From a virus (Duplodnaviria > Heunggongvirae > Uroviricota > Caudoviricetes), in the IMG/VR virus record IMGVR_UViG_2537562195_000008: 37,183 bases of DNA, one strand, 5' to 3'. Below the pieces are notes generated by a model that had not been told where the DNA came from, made no database searches, and saw only the letters and a list, made by a program, of their open reading frames with translations. The position numbers were made by a program, and so were the translations under genes. Numbering within the stretch: position 1 is the first letter of the stretch; the number at the start of each line of letters is the position of its first letter. Shown here in pieces: positions 18,838 to 27,181 of this stretch.

Positions 18838-19040
18838 TGAAAGTGCGTGCGCATCAGTATGACACGGTGGACGCGCTTTGCTGGCGTCATTACGGGCGCA
18901 CGCAGGGTGTCACGGAGCAGGTACTGAAGGCAAATCCGGGGCTTGCCGAATACGGCCCCTTTTTACCTCACGGGCTGCAGGTGGAGCTGCCGGACATTCC
19001 GACCACCACCACCGTGCAGACCGTCCAGCTATGGGACTGA
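18837..19040 (+). CDS. X: Tail protein X (P2 gpX family)
   Basis: 67 aa; …DALCWRHYGRTQGVTEQVLKANPGLAEYGPFLPHG…ELPD closely resembles P2 gpX as recalled. Confidence 0.85.
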   Translation: MKVRAHQYDTVDALCWRHYGRTQGVTEQVLKANPGLAEYGPFLPHGLQVELPDIPTTTTVQTVQLWD

Positions 19041-19043
19041 ATT

Positions 19044-19259
19044 ATGACGCTTGAGCGAATCAGCGCCTTTATCACGTATTGCATCGCCGTCGTGCTGGCC
19101 TGGCTGGGCGATTTGTCCATCAAGGATGCCTCAACGCTGGGCGGCCTGATGATTGGTGTGCTGATGCTGGCTATCAACTGGTACTACAAACACAAAGCCT
19201 ACCAGCTTCTGCGCGACGGGCAGATCTCGCGGGAGGACTATGAATCCATCAATCGTTAA
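19044..19259 (+). CDS. Holin
   Basis: 71 aa, two hydrophobic helices (FITYCIAVVLAWL, LGGLMIGVLMLAINWYY) and charged C-terminus; first gene of lysis cassette. Confidence 0.75.
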   Translation: MTLERISAFITYCIAVVLAWLGDLSIKDASTLGGLMIGVLMLAINWYYKHKAYQLLRDGQISREDYESINR

Positions 19260-19755
19260 ACGCTGCCTTGTCGGGGCCGTGCTGGCTATTGCTGCCACGC
19301 TGCCGGGTTTTCAGCAGCTTCACACCTCCGTGGAGGGGCTGAAACTGATTGCTGATTACGAAGGCTGTCGTCTGCAGCCGTATCAGTGCAGCGCGGGTGT
19401 CTGGACCGACGGCATTGGTAATACATCGGGCGTCATCCCGGGCAAAACCATTACGGAACGACAGGCAGCGGAAGGGCTGATCTCCAACGTGCTGCGTGTG
19501 GAGCGGGCGCTGGAAAGGTGTGTGAAGCAACAGCCGCCGCAGAAGGTGTATGACGCTGCAGTGTCGTTTGCCTTCAACGTGGGAACGGGCAATGCCTGCA
19601 GTTCCACGCTGGTGAAATTGCTCAATCAGCGGCGCTGGGCGGATGCGTGCCGACAGTTGCCGCGCTGGGTGTATGTAAAAGGTGTGTTTAATCAGGGGCT
19701 GGATAACCGCCGTGCGCGGGAGATGGCCTGGTGCCTTAAAGGAGCTGGACTATGA
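19240..19755 (+). CDS. Endolysin, T4-lysozyme-like (GH24) with N-terminal signal-anchor-release-like segment
   Basis: 171 aa; catalytic-type E…D…T spacing (EGCRLQPYQCSAGVWTDGIGNT); N-terminal weakly hydrophobic Gly/Ala-rich helix (LVGAVLAIAATLPG). Confidence 0.8.
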   Translation: MNPSIVKRCLVGAVLAIAATLPGFQQLHTSVEGLKLIADYEGCRLQPYQCSAGVWTDGIGNTSGVIPGKTITERQAAEGLISNVLRVERALERCVKQQPPQKVYDAAVSFAFNVGTGNACSSTLVKLLNQRRWADACRQLPRWVYVKGVFNQGLDNRRAREMAWCLKGAGL

Positions 19756-20180
19756 CGCGTGCGCTGGCAGTAGTGGTGGCGCTGGCACTCGTTACGCTGG
19801 GCTGGCAGTCGTGGCGGCTTAACAGCGCCAGTCACACCATCGAAACGCAGCGTGCGGCGCTGAAAAGTAAAGCGCAAGAACTGACGAAGAAAAACAGCCA
19901 GCTGATCGGTCTGTCCATTCTGGCTGAAACCAACAACCGGGAGCAGGCGCGGCTCTACGCTGAAGCAGAACAGACCAGCGCACTGCTGAGACAACGACAA
20001 CGCCGGATCGAGGAACTGAAACGTGAGAACGAGGATTTACGCCGCTGGGCTGATACTCCTTTGCCTGCTGACATTATCCGGCTGCGGGAACGTCCGGCAC
20101 TCACCGGAGGTGCAGCTTACCGTCAGTGGTTGTCCGCGAGTGACGCCGTGTCGGCTGGAGCAGGCAGCGCCGCGCACTAA
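19752..20180 (+). CDS. i-spanin (Rz/LysB-like)
   Basis: 142 aa; N-terminal TM helix then coiled-coil periplasmic domain; follows the endolysin. Confidence 0.7.
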   Translation: MTRALAVVVALALVTLGWQSWRLNSASHTIETQRAALKSKAQELTKKNSQLIGLSILAETNNREQARLYAEAEQTSALLRQRQRRIEELKRENEDLRRWADTPLPADIIRLRERPALTGGAAYRQWLSASDAVSAGAGSAAH

Positions 20181-20313
20181 CGGTGATCTGAACGCATTGC
20201 TGGATGAAACGGAGGCCGCTTGGGCGGTCTGTGCAGACAAAGTGGACATGATTATTGCGTGTCAGGAGCGAAACAGTGAACAAACCACAGTCCCTGCGCC
20301 ACGCCCTCAATAA
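20023..20313 (+). CDS. o-spanin lipoprotein (Rz1/LysC-like) overlapping the i-spanin gene in another frame
   Basis: Signal peptide with lipobox LTLSGC, Pro-rich mature region; starts inside the Rz-like gene. Confidence 0.65.
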   Translation: MRTRIYAAGLILLCLLTLSGCGNVRHSPEVQLTVSGCPRVTPCRLEQAAPRTNGDLNALLDETEAAWAVCADKVDMIIACQERNSEQTTVPAPRPQ

Positions 20314-20707
20314 AGCGGTGCCTTATGTCCGCAATAATCCGGACAAACTGCATCTGTTTGTGGATAACGGTTCGCTGGTTGCTACGGGGGCCAGCTCCAT
20401 GTCATGGGAGTACCGTTACACCCTAAACGTGGTGATTGAGGATTTCAGCGGCGACCAGAATCTGTTGATGGCCCCGGTTTTGCTGTGGCTGCGGGATAAC
20501 CAGCCTGATGCCATCAATAACCCGGCGTTACGGGAAAAGTTATTCACCTTTGAGGTGGATATTTTGCGCAACGATGTCTGTGATATCAGCCTTAACCTGC
20601 AACTGACGGAGCGTGTGCTGGTCAGCACTGACGGCGGTATATCAACGGTCAAGGCAAAGCCGGAACCTGACGAGCCAGAAGAAACGTGGACGGTGAAACG
20701 TGGATAA
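20255..20707 (+). CDS. R: Tail completion protein R (P2 gpR family)
   Basis: …LHLFVDNGSLVATGASSMSWEYRYTLNVVIEDFSGDQNLLMAPVLLWLRDNQPD… resembles P2 gpR as recalled; the true start may be the GTG at about 20276 (preceded by AGGAG). Confidence 0.75.
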   Translation: MRVRSETVNKPQSLRHALNKAVPYVRNNPDKLHLFVDNGSLVATGASSMSWEYRYTLNVVIEDFSGDQNLLMAPVLLWLRDNQPDAINNPALREKLFTFEVDILRNDVCDISLNLQLTERVLVSTDGGISTVKAKPEPDEPEETWTVKRG

Positions 20708-21155
20708 TCTGCATAAAGTGGATGAGTGGCTGGCAGTGCTGCTGGCGAATCTGGAGCCGGCTGCTCGTCAGCGCATGATGCGCGAACTGGCGCAAGAACT
20801 GCGTCGGACACAACAGCAGAACATCAGGCTGCAACGTAATCCTGATGGAACCGGCTACGAGCCGCGAAAAGTCACGGCACGGACTAAAAAGGGGCGTATT
20901 AAGCGACAGATGTTTTCGAAATTGCGTACAGCGAAGTACCTGAAAACTGCAGCCAGCGCGGATTCAGCCAGCGTGCAGTTTGAAGGGAAAGTTCAACGGA
21001 TTGCACGGGTACATCATTACGGTCTTCGTGATCGAGTAAGCCGTAAGGGACCGGTAGTGAGTTATGTAGAGCGTCGTTTGTTAGGATTCGATAAGAAAAT
21101 TAACAAAAATATACTAGAAGGGTTGCTCAGGATTTTTGATGACTATTTGCCTTAG
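20700..21155 (+). CDS. S: Tail completion/virion morphogenesis protein S (P2 gpS family)
   Basis: 151 aa; GTG start overlapping R stop; canonical position; the 3' end runs into AT-rich DNA. Confidence 0.7.
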   Translation: MDNLHKVDEWLAVLLANLEPAARQRMMRELAQELRRTQQQNIRLQRNPDGTGYEPRKVTARTKKGRIKRQMFSKLRTAKYLKTAASADSASVQFEGKVQRIARVHHYGLRDRVSRKGPVVSYVERRLLGFDKKINKNILEGLLRIFDDYLP

Positions 21156-21254
21156 CTTCAAGTTTTAAATATTGTAAATTTTAGATTGGTTGGTTTTGTT
21201 TGTTATTCTAATGAGATGAATTAAAGTTTGTTTTTAAGTTTATTTTTTATTATG

Positions 21255-21283
21255 CTGAAACCTCATAAATGATGAGGTTTCAG
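21255..21283 (+). promoter_or_regulatory. 12-bp perfect stem-loop (CTGAAACCTCAT-aaatg-ATGAGGTTTCAG) ending 2 nt before the HExxH gene start
   Basis: Perfect inverted repeat read directly; the only GAGG near the ATG lies inside the 3' arm. Confidence 0.5.
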
Positions 21284-21284
21284 T

Positions 21285-22337
21285 ATGATTAAATTAATGT
21301 CTGAATATAATGATGATTATAAAAAACTAGAAAGATATATTGAAGAGTATATTATAAGGAATAGTCTAGGCACTCAGGTATATAAAGAGGATCAGTTGGC
21401 TCAGTCATTAAATAGTGATGAGGGTTTTTCTTATGTGCGTAATAAAATGGATAATTTACCTTCTGATTGTATTGAAGAGTTATCAAACAATATTCAAGGT
21501 GTAGTTACTCTTCCAACAATCTATGATGATCGTGTGAGTTATAGCATTGCATCTCGCTTGATGAGTAAGGTTGAATTAGTAGCAAAGATATTTCCTTTTG
21601 ATCACCAAAACTATGGTGGGTTTTGTTGTGCTCCAACCGGCAGAGTTAGTGCACTTGCCGCGCCAGTTAAATGCCTAGACGGAAAGTCAAAGGTTTTCAC
21701 AATTTTTGAGTCTGGGATTTTTCAATTTATTCATGGTGTAATTAGTTTGTTTGTTAGCAGTTATCCTAATACTCTTCTGCAAGGTAGTAGTGAAAAAGAG
21801 TGGCGGTCAGAGTGGGAAAAATATTTGAGTAGTGAGCAGAATAGAAGCGCTTTATTACAAAGCAAGATTGACTTAAACGAATGGAGGGATTTTTTTAAGA
21901 ATTACAATGTACGTGGTGAACTTGCTTATACATCGATAATTAACTTCGGTCCTGTAGGGCAAAAGATTATATATAATATGGTCTTTGGCTGTGAGTTATT
22001 CGTAGCCGCTCATGAATATTCTCATGCCATGATGAATCATCAGCAGCCTGATTTAGTTGAATCAGAGGTTGAGAAGGAGGCTGACAAATGGGGGATTAGG
22101 ATTGCGTCCATTATATGTGAAGGTGAAGGTATTCTGATGATTCTTGCGATTGCTGGAATAGCTATATTTTTTTCGGCAATTGAAACGTCTGATCCATCTC
22201 ACTATTTACCAGCAGCTGAACGAATATTGTTCGTGATAAAGTCCTTGGAGATCTCTGATCCTATTAAGGAAAAAACTCTTATTGATATTTCTTGTTTAAT
22301 GCAGGATATATTTTCCGACATTATTAATTTTGAATGA
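21285..22337 (+). CDS. Putative Zn-dependent metallopeptidase (HExxH) with C-terminal hydrophobic helix; cargo gene between S and V
   Basis: 350 aa; motif AAHEYSHAMMNH with downstream acidic residues (EVEKEADKWG); hydrophobic stretch ILMILAIAGIAIFFSAI; strongly AT-rich. Confidence 0.6.
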   Translation: MIKLMSEYNDDYKKLERYIEEYIIRNSLGTQVYKEDQLAQSLNSDEGFSYVRNKMDNLPSDCIEELSNNIQGVVTLPTIYDDRVSYSIASRLMSKVELVAKIFPFDHQNYGGFCCAPTGRVSALAAPVKCLDGKSKVFTIFESGIFQFIHGVISLFVSSYPNTLLQGSSEKEWRSEWEKYLSSEQNRSALLQSKIDLNEWRDFFKNYNVRGELAYTSIINFGPVGQKIIYNMVFGCELFVAAHEYSHAMMNHQQPDLVESEVEKEADKWGIRIASIICEGEGILMILAIAGIAIFFSAIETSDPSHYLPAAERILFVIKSLEISDPIKEKTLIDISCLMQDIFSDIINFE

Positions 22338-22460
22338 TTTTTCTCGTAAGTACGCAGTGAAAATACTGTGTACTTTCTACTTAATTTCAGAAGTTTTGTA
22401 TCATTATTAATACAATCCAATCACATCGAATAATTCTAATATGTTGTGCATTATTCTTTT

Positions 22461-23039
22461 ATGAACGCACAAATCACAGAAATCATGCGCCTTATCACCA
22501 ACCTGATCCGCACTGGGGTAGTCACCGAAGTGGACCGGGAAAACTGGCTTTGCCGGGTGAAAACGGGCGACCTTGAAACCAACTGGATCAGCTGGCTGAC
22601 GCTGCGTGCCGGGAATGCCCGCACATGGTGGCGACCATCGGAAGGTGAACAGGTGGTGCTGCTGAGTCTGGGAGGTAATCTGGAAACAGCCTTTGCGCTG
22701 CCCGCTGTCTATTCGAATCAGTTCGCACCACCGTCGACGTCGGCGGATGCCTGCGTGATAGAACATCCTGACGGTGGCTGGTTTGAATACGAACCAGCCA
22801 CTGGGCGCTGGTATGTCAGGGGCATCAAATCAATGGTCATTGAGGCCGCCGACAATATCACCCTGAAAACCAGTGAGTTTGTGCTGGAGGCTGACCGCAC
22901 GCGTATTAACAGCGAAGTGGTGATCAATGGTGGCGTTACCCAGGGCGGAGGAGCGATGAGTTCTAACGGGATCGTGGTTGATGCGCATCAGCATACTGGC
23001 GTTCTGAAAGGCGGCGACACAACCGGAGGCCCGGTATGA
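22461..23039 (+). CDS. V: Baseplate spike/assembly protein V (P2 gpV family)
   Basis: …IRTGVVTEVD…CRVKTG…WLTLRAGNARTWWRPSEGEQVVLLSLGG…TAFALP… resembles P2 gpV as recalled; start chosen at internal ATG. Confidence 0.8.
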   Translation: MNAQITEIMRLITNLIRTGVVTEVDRENWLCRVKTGDLETNWISWLTLRAGNARTWWRPSEGEQVVLLSLGGNLETAFALPAVYSNQFAPPSTSADACVIEHPDGGWFEYEPATGRWYVRGIKSMVIEAADNITLKTSEFVLEADRTRINSEVVINGGVTQGGGAMSSNGIVVDAHQHTGVLKGGDTTGGPV

Positions 23040-23395
23040 CGCTTTATAGCGGGATGAACAATACCAGCGGCAAAGCCATTACTGATATTGACCATCTGCG
23101 CCAGTCGGTGCGGGACATTCTGCTGACGCCGCAAGGTAGCCGCATTGCTCGCCGTGAATATGGTTCCCTGCTGTCGGCACTGATAGACCAGCCACAAAAT
23201 CCGGCGTTACGCCTGCAGGTCATGTCGGCAGTGTATGTGGCGCTGAGTCGCTGGGAGCCACGGCTGACGCTGGATTCCATCACCATCAACAGCCATTTTG
23301 ACGGTTCAATGGTGGTGGAGCTGAGCGGGCGGCGTAATAACGGTGTGCCTGTTTCCCTTTCCGTATCAACAGGAGCAGAGAATGGCAGTGATTGA
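23036..23395 (+). CDS. W: Baseplate assembly protein W (P2 gpW family)
   Basis: 119 aa; ATGA overlap with V; canonical order. Confidence 0.8.
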   Translation: MTLYSGMNNTSGKAITDIDHLRQSVRDILLTPQGSRIARREYGSLLSALIDQPQNPALRLQVMSAVYVALSRWEPRLTLDSITINSHFDGSMVVELSGRRNNGVPVSLSVSTGAENGSD

Positions 23396-24290
23396 CCTTT
23401 CGCAGTTGCCTGCGCCGCAGATTGTGGATGTGCCGGACTTTGAGACGCTGCTTGCCGAACGCAAGGCCGAATTTGTGGCGCTTCATCCGAAAGATGAGCA
23501 GGAAGCAGTGATCCGCACGCTGGAACTGGAATCTGAACCCGTTACCAAATTGTTGCAGGAGAACGCTTATCGTGAGTTGCTTCTGCGCCAGCGCATTAAC
23601 GAAGCCGCGCAGGCGGTGATGGTGGCTTACGCGATGGGCGGCGATCTTGACCAGCTCGCTGCTAACTACAACGTGAAACGCCTGACGGTGACACCTGCTG
23701 ATGATGACTCTGTACCGCCCGTTGCGGCTGTGATGGAAAGTGATGAAGCGTTACGCCTGCGTGTGCCTGCAGCCTTTGAAGGGCTTTCTGTTGCGGGGCC
23801 AACTGCCGCTTATGAGTTTCATGCACGAAGCGCCGACGGTCGGGTGGCGGATGCCAGTGCAACCAGTCCGGCACCTGCAGAGGTGGTACTGACTGTCCTT
23901 AGCCGCGAAGGCGACGGAACAGCAGAAAAAGACTTGCTGGATGTGGTGGAGAACGCCCTGAACAGTGAGAACGTCCGCCCGGTGGCTGACCGTCTGACGG
24001 TTCGCAGCGCAGAAATCATCCCGTACCGCGTGGAAGCCACCATTTTTCTTTATCCGGGACCGGAAGCAGAGCCGGTAATGGCAGCGGCAAAAGCCAGCCT
24101 GCAGAAGTACATCGCCAGTCAGACGCGGCTTGGTCGGGATATTCGCCGTAGTGCCATTTTTGCCGCGCTGCATGTTGAGGGGGTTCAACGTGTGGAGCTG
24201 ACTTCACCGCTGGCTGATGTGGTCCTGAACAAAACACAGGCCGCCTCATGTACGCAGTGGAGCGTAACCAACGGAGGAACGGATGAATAG
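23382..24290 (+). CDS. J: Baseplate assembly protein J (P2 gpJ family)
   Basis: Internal ATG; MAVIDLSQLPAPQIVDVPDFETLLAERKAEF… matches the P2 gpJ N-terminus as recalled. Confidence 0.85.
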   Translation: MAVIDLSQLPAPQIVDVPDFETLLAERKAEFVALHPKDEQEAVIRTLELESEPVTKLLQENAYRELLLRQRINEAAQAVMVAYAMGGDLDQLAANYNVKRLTVTPADDDSVPPVAAVMESDEALRLRVPAAFEGLSVAGPTAAYEFHARSADGRVADASATSPAPAEVVLTVLSREGDGTAEKDLLDVVENALNSENVRPVADRLTVRSAEIIPYRVEATIFLYPGPEAEPVMAAAKASLQKYIASQTRLGRDIRRSAIFAALHVEGVQRVELTSPLADVVLNKTQAASCTQWSVTNGGTDE

Positions 24291-24888
24291 TCTGCTGCCA
24301 CCAGGTTCAACGCCACTGGAGCGCCGACTGGCGCAGACCTGTAGCGGGATTTCTGATCTGCAGGTGCCGCTGCGTGACTTATGGAATCCGGCAACCTGTC
24401 CGGTCAGTTTCCTGCCTTATCTCGCCTGGGCGTTCTCTGTGGATCGCTGGGACGAGGGCTGGACTGAAAGCGTCAAACGTCAGGTGGTGAAGGATGCTTT
24501 TTATATTCATCAGCATAAAGGAACCACCAGTGCCGTGCGGCGGGTGGTGGAACCGTTCGGATTCCTGATCCGCATTATTGAGTGGTGGCAGACCGGCGAA
24601 ACACCGGGCACGTTTCGCCTGGATATCGGCGTGCAGGACCAGGGTATCACTGAAGATACCTATCTGGAACTTGAGCGGCTGATAAGCGATGCCAAACCAT
24701 GTAGCCGTCACATGATCGGCATGTCCATCAATCTGCAGACCAGCGGTCCGCATTGGGTAGGGGCCGCCAGCTATCTTGGCGAAGAAATCACGATCTATCC
24801 GTATATCAACGAAACAATTATTTCTGGCGGCACCGCGCATGAAGGCGGGGCGGTCCATGTTATTGACACAATGAGAGTGAATCCATGA
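24283..24888 (+). CDS. I: Baseplate/tail protein I (P2 gpI family)
   Basis: 201 aa; overlaps J end; canonical order. Confidence 0.8.
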   Translation: MNSLLPPGSTPLERRLAQTCSGISDLQVPLRDLWNPATCPVSFLPYLAWAFSVDRWDEGWTESVKRQVVKDAFYIHQHKGTTSAVRRVVEPFGFLIRIIEWWQTGETPGTFRLDIGVQDQGITEDTYLELERLISDAKPCSRHMIGMSINLQTSGPHWVGAASYLGEEITIYPYINETIISGGTAHEGGAVHVIDTMRVNP

Positions 24889-26615
24889 GCACAAAATTTT
24901 ATACCCTGCTGACGGATATTGGCGCGGCGAAACTTGCCAGCGCCGCCGCGCTCGGTGTGCCGCTAAAAATTACCCATATGGCGGTCGGCGATGGCGGCGG
25001 AGTATTGCCAACGCCAGACTCAAAGCAGACTGCACTGGTAAATGAGAAACGCCGGGCTGCGCTGAATATGCTCTATATCGACCCGCAGAACAGCAGCCAG
25101 ATTATTGCCGAACAGGTGATCCCTGAAAACGAGGGCGGTTGGTGGATACGTGAAGTGGGCCTGTTTGATGAGTCCGGGGCATTGATTGCCGTGGGCAACT
25201 GCCCGGAAAGCTATAAGCCGCAACTGGCTGAAGGCAGCGGGCGCACCCAGACCGTGCGCATGGTGCTGATTACCAGCAGCACGGACAATATCACCCTGAA
25301 AATCGACCCTGCTGTCGTGCTGGCAACCCGTCATTATGTAGATCAACAAATAGAAATTCATGAGCAATCGCGCCGCCATCCTTCTGCGTCTTTGACAGAA
25401 AAGGGATTTGTACGTCTGTATAGCGGTGTGGAAAGCAATGATGAAACAGTCGCTGCAACGCCAAAAGCAGTGAAAATAGCGATGGATAATGCCAGCGCCA
25501 GACTGGCAAAAGACCGCAATGGTTCTGATATTCCCAATCCGGCACTGTTTGTTCAGAATCTGGGATTGAAAACGACTGTTGATAAAGCTGCATCAGCGAT
25601 TCAGCCAGGAGATTATGGAATTGGCCTGGCTTATCTGAAAACCATGGGAACCAAATCGCAATTTTTTGCTTATGGTACAGCTGTCGGCTATCCAGAAGTG
25701 CCAACACATGGTGCTGGTTTCCAGGCCTGTTACAACGACAATCGACGTGCACAGATTTATGTCGCTAATGATGGCAAGATGTACTGTCGATTCAGCATGT
25801 TATCGAAAATTGCCGATGATGAAACACCGTGGAATCAGGTGTTCACCAGTGCACATTATCCAGAAGCATCAGTGAGTGTTAAAGGAATGGTGCAACTGGG
25901 GAACGATGTAAACAGCGTGTCAGAAAATGTTGCGGCGACATTGAAAGCGGTAAAAATTGCGATGGACAACGCCAGCGCGAGACTGGCAAAGGACCGCAAT
26001 GGTGCTGATATTCCTGACCCGACTTTGTTTATTCAGAATCTGGGACTTAAACCGACGGTTGATAAGGCTGAAAGTGCTCTGCAACAGGGAGCATACGGAA
26101 TCGGTAGCAATAATAACTACGAAATGGGTGAGGTTTCACAGTTTCTTGCATATTCAGGTAATGCAGATGAAGTGCCATCGAATGGTGCAGGTTTTCAGGC
26201 TGCGTATAACAAGAACAGACGCGCGCAGATTTTCATCACCGGAGCAGGGGAAATGTATCACCGTTTCAGCGGCTCTGATACGGTTAAAGACAATACAACA
26301 CTATGGCGTCGGGGTGTTTGTGAAGATGAATTTTCATTTGGCAGCAATTATCACCGAATAACTGGCGGTGTGCTGAAGCAGTTTTTTAACAGTTATTTTT
26401 CCGGGGCAACTGGTGTGGTGAATAAAGAGTATCAGGTGAATTTTCCGACACCATTTGCCCGTCAGTGCTGGTACGTGATCCCCGTTTTCCGTTCGTCACA
26501 CGGTGGGAGTGTTGAGGGTGTCGCCATTACAGCTATTACTGCAACTGGCTTTACTCTGAGCATCACCGGAGATAACGGTGGATGGAATATTGGGTTTATT
26601 GCGGAGGGGGTCTGA
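24885..26615 (+). CDS. H: Tail fiber protein H with internally duplicated distal module
   Basis: 576 aa; conserved P2-H-like N-terminus (MSTKFYTLLTDIGAAKLASAAALGVPLKITHMAVGDGGG); ATGA overlap with I. Confidence 0.85.
   Translation: MSTKFYTLLTDIGAAKLASAAALGVPLKITHMAVGDGGGVLPTPDSKQTALVNEKRRAALNMLYIDPQNSSQIIAEQVIPENEGGWWIREVGLFDESGALIAVGNCPESYKPQLAEGSGRTQTVRMVLITSSTDNITLKIDPAVVLATRHYVDQQIEIHEQSRRHPSASLTEKGFVRLYSGVESNDETVAATPKAVKIAMDNASARLAKDRNGSDIPNPALFVQNLGLKTTVDKAASAIQPGDYGIGLAYLKTMGTKSQFFAYGTAVGYPEVPTHGAGFQACYNDNRRAQIYVANDGKMYCRFSMLSKIADDETPWNQVFTSAHYPEASVSVKGMVQLGNDVNSVSENVAATLKAVKIAMDNASARLAKDRNGADIPDPTLFIQNLGLKPTVDKAESALQQGAYGIGSNNNYEMGEVSQFLAYSGNADEVPSNGAGFQAAYNKNRRAQIFITGAGEMYHRFSGSDTVKDNTTLWRRGVCEDEFSFGSNYHRITGGVLKQFFNSYFSGATGVVNKEYQVNFPTPFARQCWYVIPVFRSSHGGSVEGVAITAITATGFTLSITGDNGGWNIGFIAEGV
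25401..25800 (+). repeat. Tail-fiber internal tandem repeat, copy 1
   Basis: aa about 173-304 (KGFVRLYSGVESNDETVAATPKAVKIAMDNASARLAKDRNGSDIP…GAGFQACYNDNRRAQIYVANDGKMYCRF) are repeated with divergence at aa about 333-463. Confidence 0.7.
25881..26275 (+). repeat. Tail-fiber internal tandem repeat, copy 2
   Basis: KGMVQLGNDVNSVSENVAATLKAVKIAMDNASARLAKDRNGADIP…GAGFQAAYNKNRRAQIFITGAGEMYHRF; the core is also recognisably similar at DNA level (GCGATGGA(T/C)AA(T/C)GCCAGCGC…GACCGCAATGG). Confidence 0.7.
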
Positions 26616-27049
26616 TGAGTTATTTTTACAGTCCATCAAGAAATGCATTTTATAACAGTGAACTGAAATCTGATTATTACGATGCTCTCGATGCGTGGCC
26701 GGATGACTGTATTGAGGTGAGTGATGCAGTCTATCAGGAGTTTTATCTTGGTTATCGGGAAGGGTACAAAATGGTTGCAGGCACTGATAACCAGCCATCA
26801 TGGGAAGAACGTCCACCATTGACCCATGAGGAACAGGTGGAACAGGCAGAAATGATGAAACAGATGCGCATTAATGAGGCTAACAACCTGATTAATGAAA
26901 AACAATGGCCATCAAAATTACAGCTTGGCAGGCTGAACGAAATGGAGACAACCAGATTTAATGCGATGCTGGATTATCTTGAGTTACTTGAAAATATTAA
27001 TGTAAGTGATGCCCCGGATATAGTCTGGCCTTTATCACCAGAAGTCTGA
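26615..27049 (+). CDS. G: Tail fiber assembly chaperone (P2 gpG-like)
   Basis: Internal ATG sharing one base with the H stop (TGATG); follows the fiber gene. Confidence 0.7.
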   Translation: MSYFYSPSRNAFYNSELKSDYYDALDAWPDDCIEVSDAVYQEFYLGYREGYKMVAGTDNQPSWEERPPLTHEEQVEQAEMMKQMRINEANNLINEKQWPSKLQLGRLNEMETTRFNAMLDYLELLENINVSDAPDIVWPLSPEV

Positions 27050-27053
27050 ATAC

Positions 27054-27073
27054 ATCCCCGCGTCTGCGGGGAT
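27054..27073 (+). terminator. GC-rich hairpin (ATCCCCGC-gtct-GCGGGGAT) just after the fiber-assembly gene
   Basis: 8-bp perfect stem and 4-nt loop, 5 nt after the stop; no clear U-tract. Confidence 0.4.
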
Positions 27074-27181
27074 TCCTGTATCCGCCGTTGTGCCATTTTT
27101 CATACAAACCACATAACGTGCATCCTGCTCGTATCAACCAGAACATAGGCAGACCCCCTCTACTACCGGAGAGACTGCCTT

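Noticed and set aside
27050-27181. Possible cargo or defense locus at the P2 Z/fun position between fiber-assembly gene G and sheath gene FI
   Set aside because: Only about 130 bp of non-coding DNA with a hairpin; no ORF, so this hotspot is empty in this prophage
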